A stretch of DNA of 64,000 nt. Origin: Rhodocyclaceae bacterium. GTDB lineage: Bacteria; Pseudomonadota; Gammaproteobacteria; Burkholderiales; Rhodocyclaceae. How positions within the stretch are numbered: position 1 is the first letter of the stretch; the number at the start of each line of letters is the position of its first letter. Under the pieces are notes generated by a model that ran no database searches, was not told the origin of the DNA, and worked only from the letters and a program-made list of their open reading frames with translations. Shown here piece after piece: positions 25,277 through 35,375 of this stretch. Where the stretch lies: NCBI GenBank assembly GCA_028869135.1, contig JAGWTC010000005.1, positions 11,175 to 75,174 on the forward strand, in the 5' to 3' direction. A program made the position numbers and the translations under genes.

Positions 25277-28105
25277 ATGAGCGAGTCTGTCAAAGACAGG
25301 TTGTTGAAGAACCCTTATGCGCAGAAGGCCGCCGCGCGCGTGAAGCGCCATCGTCGATGGCTGTATGCCTGCGTCGGACTGGTCGCCCTGTTCGGTCTGG
25401 TGGGCTATTTCTGGCTGCCGGGTTTCGCCAAGGGCAAGGCCGAGGCACTGCTGTCGGAGAAGCTGCATCGCCCTGTCACCATCCAGCGCGTCGAGTTTCA
25501 CCCCTACAGCCTTGAGGCCGCCGTCGAGGGACTGCGCATAGGCGAGCGCGAAGGCGACGGAGAGCTGTTGGGCTTTGACCGCCTCTACGTCAATCTCAGT
25601 TCGGCTTCCTTTTATCGGCGCGCGCCGGTCATCAGTGCGATCAAGCTGACGGGGCCGCGAGTACACCTGGTGCGCAACGCGGACGGCACGCTCAACATTA
25701 GCGATCTGATCGAGGAGTTTTCGAAGCAGCCGAAGTCCGAAGAGCCGGCCCGCTTCTCGGTGAGCAATATCGAGGTGGAGGGCGGGCGCATCACGCTGGA
25801 CGACCGGCTCAAGCATGGGCAGCAGACCGTCAGCGACATCAAGCTCGGTCTGCCCTTCATCGCCAGCTTTGAAAGCGCCGAAGAGGTCTGGGTGGTGCCG
25901 CATCTGTCCGCACGCCTGAACGACAAGGCCCAGTTGCTCTTCGAGGGCAAGGCCCGACCGTTCGCCGACAGGCGCGAAATGGTGATGGATGTTTCGATCC
26001 AGGATCTGGACCTGACCGGAGTGGACCAGTATGCGCCGCCGCTCAAGGGCATCAAGCTGCTTTCGGGCCTGCTGGACACAAAACTCGACGTGAGCTTCGT
26101 GCAGGCAGCCGATGCGGGGGCGGCCATCCGCATCAATGGCGATGTGGTGCTGCGCAACCTGGGTGTGGACAACCAGGCCGGTCTGCCCTGGCGCCTTGCG
26201 GGCGAGCGCCTCGCCGTGCATCTGGTCGACTTCGATCCCTTCCTCAAGCAGCCGCTCAAGGCCGCCGTACAGGCCGCCAATCTGCGCCTGGTGCAGGGCG
26301 CCCGTCCCGAGCTCAAAATCGACGCGCTTAGCCTTGCTGACGTCGTGGCGGATTTCGGTGCCAGCAACGCCCAATTTGCACTGGACTCCACCATCAACGG
26401 CAAGGGCCATTTGCGCGCCAAGGGCAAGGCGGCATGGGCGCCGCTCAGCGCCGACGTGGACGTCGATGCCGAGCAGGTGGACTTTGTCGCTCTGCAAGGC
26501 TGGGCGCTGGAAAAGTTCGACCGCCCGTCGCTGGCCCTGACCAAGGGCGCACTGAGCTTCGTCGGCAAGGTCAAGGCCGGTGGCCAGCCGCTTAACGTAG
26601 CGCTCAGCGGCAAAGCCGGCATCAGCGATTTCAACCTGCTGGACAAGGCCACTTCGGAAGACCTGTTGCGCTGGCGCAGCCTCGATGTCACGGGCATCGA
26701 CGTGAATACCCAGCCCCTGAACGTGAAAATCGATTCCGTCGTGCAGAGCGATCTGTTTGCGCGCGTGACCATCATGCCCGACGGCTCGATCCGTCTGCGC
26801 GATGCCTTGCTGCATGGCGAGGAAAGCGAGGCGGAGCGCCAGGCCGAAGCGGCCGGCAAGGAAGTGGAAAAGAGCCGCGGCGGCACGGTTGCCAAAACGG
26901 AGCTGCCCGAAAAGCGACAGGCGCTGCCCATCCGGGTGGGCGAGGTGGTGTTGAAGAACGGCAATGTGATTTTCAATGATCGCTTTATCAAGCCGAACTA
27001 CCGCGCCAATCTGACCAAGCTCAATGGCAAGCTCGGTCCGCTGGCGCCGGGGCAGCGCGGCCAGGTGGAGATCGCAGGTGCGGTAAATCGTTCTGCGCCG
27101 CTGGAGATCAAGGGCAAGGTGGATCCTTTCGGCAGCGAACTGTTCATCGATCTCTCGGCCAAGGCCAAGGGCATTGACCTGCCGGGCTTCAGCCCCTATT
27201 CGAGCCGCTACATCGGCTACCAGATCGCCAAGGGCAAGCTATCGGTGGACCTGCGCTACTTCATCGAGAAGGGCGAATTGCGTGCCGAGAACAATATCTT
27301 CCTCGACCAGTTCACCCTCGGCGAGAAGGTCGACAGTCCGAATGCAATTTCCCTGCCGGTCGGCCTTGCGGTTTCCCTGCTCAAGAACTCGCGCGGCGAG
27401 ATTGATATCAATCTGCCGATCAGCGGTTCGCTCAACGATCCCGAGTTCAGCATTGGTGGCCTGATCGTTAAGGTGTTCTTCAATCTGCTGACCAAGGCGG
27501 TGACGGCACCGTTCGCGCTGCTTGGCAATCTCTTCGGCGGCGGCGCCGATCTGTCCTATGTGGAGTTTGCGCCGGGCTACGCGCGTCTGACACCGGAAGC
27601 CGAAAAGAGCCTCGATGCGATCGGCAAGGTCATGGCCGACCGACCGGCGCTGAAGATGGAAATTACCGGCATCGCCACGACTGCCACTGATCGCGACGGG
27701 CTCAGAAAGGCTACGCTGGAGCGTCGCGTCAAGGCGCAGAAGCTGGCTGATCTCGCCCGCCAGGGCAAAAGCGGCGGCAGCATCAACGATGTGGAAGTAT
27801 CCGCCGCCGAATATTCAAAATATCTGGAGCAGGCCTACAAGGCCGAGAAGTTCGACAAGCCGCGCAATCTGATCGGCATGGCCAAGAGCCTGCCGGTGCC
27901 CGAAATGGAGCAGCTCATGCTCGCCAATATGCCGGCCGGCGACGAGGAGTTGCGCGGCTTGGCTGAGCGGCGCGCGCGGAGCGCATATGACGCCCTGATC
28001 GCCAAGGGCGTGCCGGGCGAACGGGTGTTTGTGGTACAACCCCGAATCGATGCGGCGGCCGAGGACAAGAAGCCCGGCGGCCGCGCCGATTTCTCTTTGC
28101 GTTGA
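25277..28105 (+). CDS. Large DUF748/AsmA-like envelope protein
   Basis: 942 aa. One N-terminal TM helix, then a long beta-rich repetitive region. Family call is from memory of DUF748 N-termini. Confidence 0.75.
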   Translation: MSESVKDRLLKNPYAQKAAARVKRHRRWLYACVGLVALFGLVGYFWLPGFAKGKAEALLSEKLHRPVTIQRVEFHPYSLEAAVEGLRIGEREGDGELLGFDRLYVNLSSASFYRRAPVISAIKLTGPRVHLVRNADGTLNISDLIEEFSKQPKSEEPARFSVSNIEVEGGRITLDDRLKHGQQTVSDIKLGLPFIASFESAEEVWVVPHLSARLNDKAQLLFEGKARPFADRREMVMDVSIQDLDLTGVDQYAPPLKGIKLLSGLLDTKLDVSFVQAADAGAAIRINGDVVLRNLGVDNQAGLPWRLAGERLAVHLVDFDPFLKQPLKAAVQAANLRLVQGARPELKIDALSLADVVADFGASNAQFALDSTINGKGHLRAKGKAAWAPLSADVDVDAEQVDFVALQGWALEKFDRPSLALTKGALSFVGKVKAGGQPLNVALSGKAGISDFNLLDKATSEDLLRWRSLDVTGIDVNTQPLNVKIDSVVQSDLFARVTIMPDGSIRLRDALLHGEESEAERQAEAAGKEVEKSRGGTVAKTELPEKRQALPIRVGEVVLKNGNVIFNDRFIKPNYRANLTKLNGKLGPLAPGQRGQVEIAGAVNRSAPLEIKGKVDPFGSELFIDLSAKAKGIDLPGFSPYSSRYIGYQIAKGKLSVDLRYFIEKGELRAENNIFLDQFTLGEKVDSPNAISLPVGLAVSLLKNSRGEIDINLPISGSLNDPEFSIGGLIVKVFFNLLTKAVTAPFALLGNLFGGGADLSYVEFAPGYARLTPEAEKSLDAIGKVMADRPALKMEITGIATTATDRDGLRKATLERRVKAQKLADLARQGKSGGSINDVEVSAAEYSKYLEQAYKAEKFDKPRNLIGMAKSLPVPEMEQLMLANMPAGDEELRGLAERRARSAYDALIAKGVPGERVFVVQPRIDAAAEDKKPGGRADFSLR

Positions 28106-28124
28106 GCGACCCGGAGCCTTCCAG

Positions 28125-28640
28125 ATGAAGAACCGCCGTATCCGTAAGCCCGTCCTGCTGGTGACCGCAGGTTTTGCCTCCTGCTTGCTGGCGGGCTGCA
28201 TGCCGGACTGGAACAAGCCCCTGCCCGTTGCGACGGCCAATATGGAGCCGGTTGATGCCAGCTCGGTCAGGGGGCGCCTGACGTTCGGCGAGGAAAACGG
28301 CGTGGCGCGCATCTTCGTCGACCTCACCGGCCTGACCGGCGAGCACGGCTTCCACATTCATCAGGAGAGCGATTGCCGCGCCGCATTGGCCAATCTGCGC
28401 ACCGGCCACCTCAATCCGGAGGGCAAGCCTCATGGTCAGCATCTGGGCGATTTGCCGAATATTCGTTCCGATGTCTATGGCACCATGCGCGGCCCCATCT
28501 ACCTCAGGGCGCCGCAACTGGAGCCCGCCAATATCGTTGGTCATGCCATCGTCATCACCGCGAATTACGACGACTATAAAACCCAGCCAGACGGCCATTC
28601 GGGCCAGGCGGTGGCTTGCGGCGTGATTCAGAAGCTATAG
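28125..28640 (+). CDS. Cu/Zn superoxide dismutase-like lipoprotein
   Basis: Lipobox LLAGC. HGFHIHQESDC, GHLNP, HGQHLGDLPN and ACGVI motifs. Start trimmed to the ATG at 28125. Confidence 0.8.
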   Translation: MKNRRIRKPVLLVTAGFASCLLAGCMPDWNKPLPVATANMEPVDASSVRGRLTFGEENGVARIFVDLTGLTGEHGFHIHQESDCRAALANLRTGHLNPEGKPHGQHLGDLPNIRSDVYGTMRGPIYLRAPQLEPANIVGHAIVITANYDDYKTQPDGHSGQAVACGVIQKL

Positions 28641-29558
28641 CGATTTGCCGCCGGCAGTGTCGGCGCAGGCGTTCTTTACCCGGGCGCGGATGATTTCCGC
28701 CAGACGACGCACCCCCGGCCCGGCGAAATCCGGATCGGCGACGATCAGGTAGATATCCACCCAGCGCTCCTGCCCCTCGCGCAGCGGCAGCGGCTTCAAG
28801 CGTCCGTCGGCCAGTTCGCGGGTGATGCGTTCGGCAGGCAGCCAGGAAAAGCCATAGCCTGCACAGAGCGCCTCGATCGACGTGGCCATGTGGCTGACGG
28901 TCCAGCGCTGCTCCACTTCCACCATGACCGCGCGACGGTCGCGCTGGCTGCCCGTGTCGCGCACCGTGATGTGGCGATGGTTGCGCAAGTCGCGCCGCGT
29001 CAGCTTGCGCTCCAGCTTGTGCAACGGGTGGTCGGGATGCGCTACCGCAATGACCGGCGTGCGCATCAACAGCTCCCCAAAGAAGCCCGGCGGTATCTGC
29101 GGCGTAATGGCGATGTCGGCCTTGCCGGTGAGCAGGGCTTCCGCCGTGCCGCTGAGCACGGACTCGATGATCTCGATCCGTGTTTGCGGGCTCTCTTCGC
29201 CAAACCGATTCAGGCTGTCGAGCAGGAGCCAGATGGGGAACAGAATTTCCGCGGCGATGCCGATCTCGGCCTCCCAGCCGGCGGAGAGATTCCTTGCCGC
29301 GCGCTCCAGTTCGCCGGCCTCGCTGACCAGCGCCAGCGCGCGACGGTAGAGCAGTTGCCCGGTCGGTGTCAGGATGGCGCGGCGCCCCTGGATTTCGAAA
29401 GCTTTCAGATTCAGCAGCGATTCGATCTTCTGCACCGCGTAGCTCACCGCCGACTGGCTCTTGTGCAGCTTCTCGGCCGCCTGCGCGTAGCCGCCGGCAT
29501 CGACCACGGCGATCAGCGCCCGCCATTGCTCCAGTGAAATATGCGGAACCTCGCTCAA
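28635..29558 (-). CDS. LysR-family transcriptional regulator
   Basis: 307 aa. N-terminal wHTH (LEQWRALIAVVDAGGYAQAAEKLHKSQSAVSYAV). Divergent from azoR. Confidence 0.9.
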   Translation of the reverse strand: MSEVPHISLEQWRALIAVVDAGGYAQAAEKLHKSQSAVSYAVQKIESLLNLKAFEIQGRRAILTPTGQLLYRRALALVSEAGELERAARNLSAGWEAEIGIAAEILFPIWLLLDSLNRFGEESPQTRIEIIESVLSGTAEALLTGKADIAITPQIPPGFFGELLMRTPVIAVAHPDHPLHKLERKLTRRDLRNHRHITVRDTGSQRDRRAVMVEVEQRWTVSHMATSIEALCAGYGFSWLPAERITRELADGRLKPLPLREGQERWVDIYLIVADPDFAGPGVRRLAEIIRARVKNACADTAGGKSL

Positions 29559-29573
29559 TCCGGTGTCCTTGTT

Positions 29574-29588
29574 ATCTAATTATTAGAT
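29574..29588. promoter_or_regulatory. Perfect 7-1-7 palindrome ATCTAAT-T-ATTAGAT (T-N11-A LysR-type box)
   Basis: Lies in the divergent LysR/azoR intergenic region, 16 nt from the LysR start codon. Confidence 0.5.
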
Positions 29589-29698
29589 TGAATCTAGCGA
29601 AATCTTCTGCTTTTTTATCTGTTTTGTAAATAGTTAAATACGCTCATCGGGGCAGCAAGTCCGCTGTCCAGGTTCAAACGAATTCAAAGGAGAACATC

Positions 29699-30310
29699 AT
29701 GACGACGCAAACCCGCAAGCTGGTCCAGATCAACAGCAGCCTGTTCTCGGGCCAGGGGCAATCGAGCGCACTGGCCGACCAGTTCGTTGCCAAGTGGCAG
29801 GCAGCCGCTGCCGACCGCGAGGTGATCCGCCACGACCTCATCAACGAGAACATTCCGCACCTGGACGGCGCGCGCTTCCTGTCCTTTCTGGCCAAGCCGG
29901 AAGAGCGTACCGAGGAGCAGAAGGCCGTCGTCGCGTATTCGGACAAGCTGATCAACGAGCTGCGCGAAGCCGACACCATCGTCATCGGTCTGCCGCTCTA
30001 CAACCTCGGCGTGCCTTCGCAACTCAAGGCCTATTTCGATCACATCGCGCGTGCCGGCGAAACCTTCCGCTACACCTCGTCGGGTGTGGAAGGTCTGCTC
30101 AAGGGCAAGAAGGTTTTTGTGTTCGCCACGCGCGGCGGCCAGTATGCCGGCACGCCGTTCGATACGCAGACCGGCTTCATCCGCAACCTGCTGGGTCTGG
30201 TCGGCATCACCGATGTGGAGTTCATCTACGCCGAAGGTCTGGCCCGTAGCGAGATCAAGGATGCCGCATTGGAAAAGGCGCACGAACAACTTGAAGCACT
30301 GGCGGTCTGA
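29699..30310 (+). CDS. azoR: FMN-dependent NADH-azoreductase
   Basis: 203 aa. KLVQINSS..G..S N-terminus and PLYNLGVPSQLKAYFDHI motif. Confidence 0.9.
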   Translation: MTTQTRKLVQINSSLFSGQGQSSALADQFVAKWQAAAADREVIRHDLINENIPHLDGARFLSFLAKPEERTEEQKAVVAYSDKLINELREADTIVIGLPLYNLGVPSQLKAYFDHIARAGETFRYTSSGVEGLLKGKKVFVFATRGGQYAGTPFDTQTGFIRNLLGLVGITDVEFIYAEGLARSEIKDAALEKAHEQLEALAV

Positions 30311-30339
30311 ACAGGATCGCCGCAGACAAGGAGATCATC

Positions 30340-31194
30340 ATGAGCACCCGCACCTTGAAGCAAATCATTCGTTCCGTCCCCGCATCGGATGGTGCGGGGG
30401 TGCAACTGCGCCGCAGCCTCGGGCAGACGCCGCACCTCCGTGTCGATCCCTTCCTGATGCTCGACGAGTTCTCGTCCGAGAACCCGGACGACTACGTTGC
30501 CGGTTTCCCGGCGCATCCGCATCGCGGCTTTGAAACCGTGACTTATATGCTCGACGGCCATATGCTGCACGAAGACCATCTCGGCAACCGCGGCCATCTG
30601 AAGAGCGGCGGCGCGCAATGGATGACGGCGGGGCGTGGCATCATCCATTCGGAAATGCCGCAGCAGGAAAGCGGGCGCATGCGCGGATTCCAGCTCTGGA
30701 TCAATCTGCCGGCGAAGGAAAAGATGAAGGCCGCCGGCTATCGCGATATACAGGCGGAAGAAATTCCGCAGGTCACGCTGCCCGGCGGCGCCGTGGTCAA
30801 GATCATCGCCGGGTCGCTGGAAAGCGAAGGTCGGCATGTTGACGGGCCGATCCAGGGTGTCACCACGGCGCCGCTGTTCCTTGACGTGCATCTACCGGCC
30901 GGCGCGCATTTTGCGCAGGCCGTGGGCGTCGAGCATAGCGTCTTCGTCTATCCCTACGAAGGCTCGGTGCGCGTGGGCGACAGCGAGATTCCGCGCGGCG
31001 ACGCCGGCGTGCTGGTGAGCGGCGACGCAGTCGAAATCGTGGCTACCGGCGAAGAGGCCCGCTTCATACTGCTCGCGGCCCTGCCTTTGCGCGAGCCTGT
31101 CGTTCAGTACGGCCCCTTCGTGATGAACTCGCGCGAGGAAATCGAGCAGGCATTGCGCGATTACAGCGACGGGACTTTTGCCGCCGTTGCGTAA
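30340..31194 (+). CDS. Pirin-family protein
   Basis: 284 aa. FPAHPHRGFETVTYML..G cupin metal motif. Confidence 0.9.
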   Translation: MSTRTLKQIIRSVPASDGAGVQLRRSLGQTPHLRVDPFLMLDEFSSENPDDYVAGFPAHPHRGFETVTYMLDGHMLHEDHLGNRGHLKSGGAQWMTAGRGIIHSEMPQQESGRMRGFQLWINLPAKEKMKAAGYRDIQAEEIPQVTLPGGAVVKIIAGSLESEGRHVDGPIQGVTTAPLFLDVHLPAGAHFAQAVGVEHSVFVYPYEGSVRVGDSEIPRGDAGVLVSGDAVEIVATGEEARFILLAALPLREPVVQYGPFVMNSREEIEQALRDYSDGTFAAVA

Positions 31195-31263
31195 GCGCGG
31201 ACAGGCAGACGGATGGGCGAGGCCGTAGAATCATGGCTTCGTCCATTCCGTTTTGCCTTGCAT

Positions 31264-31716
31264 ATGAAACGATTTCTTCGGGCTGTATCCGTAGCGCTAG
31301 GGCTGTTGGCCTTTTCCTGCCTTGCCGCTGAGCCCGAGGTGCAGATCACCAGCGCGGCTTTCGGGGTGCTGGACGTCAACAAATCGAACGAGCTCAGCTT
31401 CGAGCCCACCAACGTGGTGCCGCATCGGTTGAAGCAGCGTTACGGCTGGGTGATCGAGCTGCAGACCAAAAAGCGGCGCGTGTCTGTGCGCGAGGAGTAC
31501 CTGTTGCCGCCCCGACCGCAGAGCGCGGAAGAACAGGCGAGCGGGGCGATTCCAATGGAGCGGCGCAGCCAGGTCAGCCAGCGCGCGCTGGTTCCCATTG
31601 ACGGAAAGATCTACGGCGAATGGGCGGTCGGCCCCAACGAGCCGGCCGGACATCGTCACCTGCAGGTGTTTGTCGAAGACGAGCTGGCGGGGGATTTCGA
31701 GTTCGACGTACGCTGA
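31264..31716 (+). CDS. Hypothetical secreted protein
   Basis: 150 aa. Signal peptide MKRFLRAVSVALGLLAFSCLAA. No family recognised. Confidence 0.6.
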   Translation: MKRFLRAVSVALGLLAFSCLAAEPEVQITSAAFGVLDVNKSNELSFEPTNVVPHRLKQRYGWVIELQTKKRRVSVREEYLLPPRPQSAEEQASGAIPMERRSQVSQRALVPIDGKIYGEWAVGPNEPAGHRHLQVFVEDELAGDFEFDVR

Positions 31717-31741
31717 GCGCTATAGACGTTGAGCTCCAAGT

Positions 31742-31785
31742 AAAAAAGCCCGGTGCGGAATGTTCCGCACCGGGCTTTTTGTTTT
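31742..31785. terminator. Bidirectional terminator
   Basis: AAAAAA-GCCCGGTGCGGAA-tg-TTCCGCACCGGGC-TTTTTGTTTT. Confidence 0.8.
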
Positions 31786-31799
31786 GAAGGCGCAATCGC

Positions 31800-32573
31800 T
31801 TACTTCTCTGCGAAGGCGCGTTCGATGACGTAGTCGCCGGGGGTGCCGATGTGCGGCGAAATGACGAAGCCGCGCGCGTCGAGCATCTTGGCCAGGTCTT
31901 CCAGCATAGCCGGGCTGCCGCAGATCATGGCGCGGTCGACGGCCGGATCCAGCGGCGGCAGGCCGATATCGGTGAACAGCTTGCCGCTCTCGATCAGGTC
32001 GGTCAGGCGACCGGCATTGCGGAAGGGCTCGCGCGTCACGGTCGGGTAGTAGATCAGCTGGTTCTTCACCATATCGCCGAGGAATTCGTTCTCCTTCAGA
32101 CCTTCGAAGAAGTCGGCGTAGGCGAGCTCATTCACATTGCGCACGCCGTGGGTCAGGATGACCTTCTCGAACTTCTCGTAGGTGGCCGGATCCTGGACGA
32201 TGCTGATGAAGGGCGCGAGGCCGGTGCCGGTGGACAAGAGGTAGAGATGCTTGCCGGGCTTCAGGTCGTCGAGCACCAGCGTGCCAGTCGGCTTGCGGCT
32301 GACCAGCAGGTCATCGCCGACCTTGATGTGCTGCAGACGCGAAGTCAGCGGACCGTTCTGCACCTTGATGCTGAAGAACTCGAGATGGTCTTCGTAGTTC
32401 GGGCTGGCGATGGAGTAGGCGCGCACCAGCGGCTTGTCGTCGACTTGCAGGCCGATCATGACGAACTGGCCGTTTTCGAAGCGCAGGCCCGGATCGCGGG
32501 TGGTCTTGATGGAGAACAGGGTGTCGTTCCAGTGGTGGACGCTGAGAACTTTTTCAGTGGCGAACTTGCTCAT
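31800..32573 (-). CDS. fpr: Ferredoxin-NADP+ reductase
   Basis: 257 aa. RAYSIAS FAD motif and LLSTGTGLAPF NADP motif. Confidence 0.9.
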   Translation of the reverse strand: MSKFATEKVLSVHHWNDTLFSIKTTRDPGLRFENGQFVMIGLQVDDKPLVRAYSIASPNYEDHLEFFSIKVQNGPLTSRLQHIKVGDDLLVSRKPTGTLVLDDLKPGKHLYLLSTGTGLAPFISIVQDPATYEKFEKVILTHGVRNVNELAYADFFEGLKENEFLGDMVKNQLIYYPTVTREPFRNAGRLTDLIESGKLFTDIGLPPLDPAVDRAMICGSPAMLEDLAKMLDARGFVISPHIGTPGDYVIERAFAEK

Positions 32574-32585
32574 TGTTTAACCTTT

Positions 32586-33524
32586 TTACTTCTGCAGTGC
32601 AGCGGTGAGTTCGGGCGCGACATCGAACAGGTCGGCGACCAGCCCGTAGTCGGCGACCTGGAAAATCATTGCATCGGGATCGATATTGACGGCCACGATC
32701 ACGCGGCTGTCCTTGATGCCGGCGAGATGCTGGATCGCGCCGGATACGCCCATGGCGATGTAGAGCTCGGGCGCGACGATGGTGCCGGTCTGGCCGACCT
32801 GGATATCGTTGGGCGCATAACCGGCGTCGACGGCGGCACGCGTGGCGCCGAGGGCGGCGCCGAGTTGCGTGGCCAGGGGGCCCAGCGTGGCTTCGAATTT
32901 TTCGGCGCTGCCGAGCGAGCGGCCGCCGGACACGACGACGCGCGCGGACGACAGCTCGGGACGTTCGCCGCCGGCGTGGTCGACCGAGATCCAGCGCACG
33001 CGGCTGTCGGCAGCGGGCGCCGCAATCTGCGCGACCTCGGCGTTGCCGTCAGTCTCGACCGCCTTCCAGCGCGAAGCGCGCACGGTCAGCACCTGCAGCC
33101 CGGGCTTGTTGTCGACCGTGGCGAGCAGATTGCCGGCGTAGATGGGACGCACATAGCTGTTCGGCGCGTTGATTTCCAGCGCCTCGCTGACCATGCCGAC
33201 GTCCTGCAGCGCGGCGAAGCGCGGCAGAATGTTCTTGCCCTGGCTGGTGTGCGGCGCCATCACGACGCTGTAATCGGCGGCCAGCGACTGCAGCAGCTTG
33301 GCAGCATCTTCGGCGCTTGGGTGCGCGAGGTGCGCGGCATTGGCGTGCAGCACGCGGCGCACGCCGGCAAGCTTTTGCGCCTGTTCGAGCACGGCGGCAT
33401 TGGCGGGCCCGAGTACGAGCACGTCAACCGGCAGGTTCCAGCTCTGCGCGGCGCGCACGGATTGACGGGTGGCGTTTTTCAGGCCGCTTGTGTCGAATTC
33501 GGCGATGAGGAGAACAGCGCTCAT
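32586..33524 (-). CDS. etfA: Electron transfer flavoprotein alpha subunit
   Basis: 312 aa. C-terminal FAD region PELYIAMGVSGAIQHLAG. Confidence 0.93.
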   Translation of the reverse strand: MSAVLLIAEFDTSGLKNATRQSVRAAQSWNLPVDVLVLGPANAAVLEQAQKLAGVRRVLHANAAHLAHPSAEDAAKLLQSLAADYSVVMAPHTSQGKNILPRFAALQDVGMVSEALEINAPNSYVRPIYAGNLLATVDNKPGLQVLTVRASRWKAVETDGNAEVAQIAAPAADSRVRWISVDHAGGERPELSSARVVVSGGRSLGSAEKFEATLGPLATQLGAALGATRAAVDAGYAPNDIQVGQTGTIVAPELYIAMGVSGAIQHLAGIKDSRVIVAVNIDPDAMIFQVADYGLVADLFDVAPELTAALQK

Positions 33525-34267
33525 TACAGGACCCCCGCTTCGTTCTTGAGTTTGTCGACCAGCTCGGCGACGCTGTTCACCTTCACGCCGGCCTTGCGCG
33601 GCGGCGGCTCGGCGACCTTGAGGGTCTTCAGGCTGGGCGCGGCGGCAACGGCGGACAGGTCGATGGCGCCGATCGGCTTCTTCTTCGCCATCATCAGGTT
33701 CGGCAGTTTGACGAAGCGCGGATCGTTGAGGCGCAGGTCGGCCGAGATCACGGCCGGCAGATCGATGTTCAGTGTTTCGGTGCCGCCGTCGATTTCACGC
33801 ACCACGGTGGCGGCGTTGCCTTCGACGGTGAGCTTGGAAACGGCCACGGCTTGCGGCCAGTCGAGCAGGGCGGCGAGCATTTGCGCGGTCTGGCCGGCGT
33901 CGTCGTCGATGGCCTGCTTGCCGAGCAGCACGAGCTGCGGCTGTTCGGCGGCGACCACGGCCTTGAGCAGCTTGGCGACGGCCAGCGAATCGAGGTCATC
34001 ACCGGCTTCGCCGTGAATCACGCGATCCACGCCCATGGCCAGCGCATGGCGCAAGCCTTCCTGGGCGCCGGCATTGCCCAGCGATACGGCCACGATCTCG
34101 GTGGCCTTGCCGGCCTCCTTGAGGCGCAACGCTTCCTCGATGGCGTTTTCATCGAAGGGATTGACGCTCATCTTGACGCCTGCGGTCTCCACGCCGGAAC
34201 CATCGGCCTTGGGGCGCACGCGCACGTTGTAATCAACCACCCGCTTGAGGGCGACTAAAACTTTCAT
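33524..34267 (-). CDS. etfB: Electron transfer flavoprotein beta subunit
   Basis: [19 protein letters not shown]-terminus. The track start at 34276 is a GTG, and the ATG at 34267 is preferred. Confidence 0.93.
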   Translation of the reverse strand: MKVLVALKRVVDYNVRVRPKADGSGVETAGVKMSVNPFDENAIEEALRLKEAGKATEIVAVSLGNAGAQEGLRHALAMGVDRVIHGEAGDDLDSLAVAKLLKAVVAAEQPQLVLLGKQAIDDDAGQTAQMLAALLDWPQAVAVSKLTVEGNAATVVREIDGGTETLNIDLPAVISADLRLNDPRFVKLPNLMMAKKKPIGAIDLSAVAAAPSLKTLKVAEPPPRKAGVKVNSVAELVDKLKNEAGVL

Positions 34268-34388
34268 TCCAAACACCTTTCCTTATTTGCCCGGCATTTT
34301 AGAGAAGGCTACAATATCTGTGAAATGGATTGTTTATATATTTATTATCGTTTTTATGAATAAGCAACCAACTAAGTAGCTGAAATTC

Positions 34389-35315
34389 ATGAAGTTCACC
34401 CTGCGCCAACTCGAAATCTTCGTCGCCGTCGCCAATGCCGGATCGGTGTCGCGGGCCGCCGAACAGCTCTCGCTGTCGCAGTCGGCCGCGAGTACGGCGC
34501 TTGGCGAGCTTGAAAGAGCCTACGACCAGACCTTGTTCGACCGTGTCGGTAAACGACTGGTTCTGAACGACACCGGACAGTGGCTGCGGCCGCGGGCGCT
34601 GGAGCTGCTGGCACGGGCCGAAGAGCTTGAGGCTCAGCTCGGCACCGATCAGAGCATCGGCAACCTGCGTCTTGGCGCCAGTCTCACAATCGGCAATTAT
34701 CTCGCAACCCTGCTGGTTGCGGACTTCCTGCAGCAGCATCCGGCCAGCCGCGTGCAGCTGGTCGTACACAATTCCGCTTCGATTATCGAGCAGGTGGCCC
34801 ACTACGAACTTGACTTGGGTCTAATCGAAGGCGATATGGGGCACCCCGACGTGGTGGCGACGCCCTGGCTCAAGGACGAGCTGGTCGTGCTCGCCGCCCC
34901 TGATCATCCGCTGGCGAAGAAACGGAACGTCACGCTGACGCAGGTGCTGAAAGAAAACTGGATTCTGCGCGAGGCCGGCTCCGGCACGCGCTCCACCTTC
35001 GAACGCGCCCTGGGGGCGCGGCGCAGCGAGCTCAAGGTGCGGCTCGAACTGGAACATACCGAGGCCATCAAGCGCGCGGTGGAGGCCGGGCTTGGACTTT
35101 CCTGCATTTCGCGTCTGGCGCTGCGCGACGCGTTCCGACGCGGCAGTCTGGTGCCTGTCCGCTTGCCGGAGTTGCAGTTGCAACGGCAGTTCTACATGGT
35201 GCAACAGAAGAACAAATATCTGACCAGCGGTATCCGCAGCCTGATGGCACACATTCAGGCCGGCGTTGCTGCAGCCGAAAGCACCGACGACCTGCCTTTG
35301 CCTATGGTGCCCTAG
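34389..35315 (+). CDS. LysR-family transcriptional regulator
   Basis: 308 aa. LRQLEIFVAVANAGSVSRAAEQLSLSQSAAS wHTH. Divergent from etfBA. Confidence 0.9.
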   Translation: MKFTLRQLEIFVAVANAGSVSRAAEQLSLSQSAASTALGELERAYDQTLFDRVGKRLVLNDTGQWLRPRALELLARAEELEAQLGTDQSIGNLRLGASLTIGNYLATLLVADFLQQHPASRVQLVVHNSASIIEQVAHYELDLGLIEGDMGHPDVVATPWLKDELVVLAAPDHPLAKKRNVTLTQVLKENWILREAGSGTRSTFERALGARRSELKVRLELEHTEAIKRAVEAGLGLSCISRLALRDAFRRGSLVPVRLPELQLQRQFYMVQQKNKYLTSGIRSLMAHIQAGVAAAESTDDLPLPMVP

Positions 35316-35375
35316 CGGTCGGGCAGGCAAGTAAAATACGCAGCTATCACGAAAAGGCATCAGAAGAAAGAAATC

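Noticed and set aside
31851-34016. 721-aa plus-strand ORF spanning fpr/etfA/etfB
   Set aside because: It is antisense to three textbook genes and crosses their intergenic gaps, so it is a shadow ORF.
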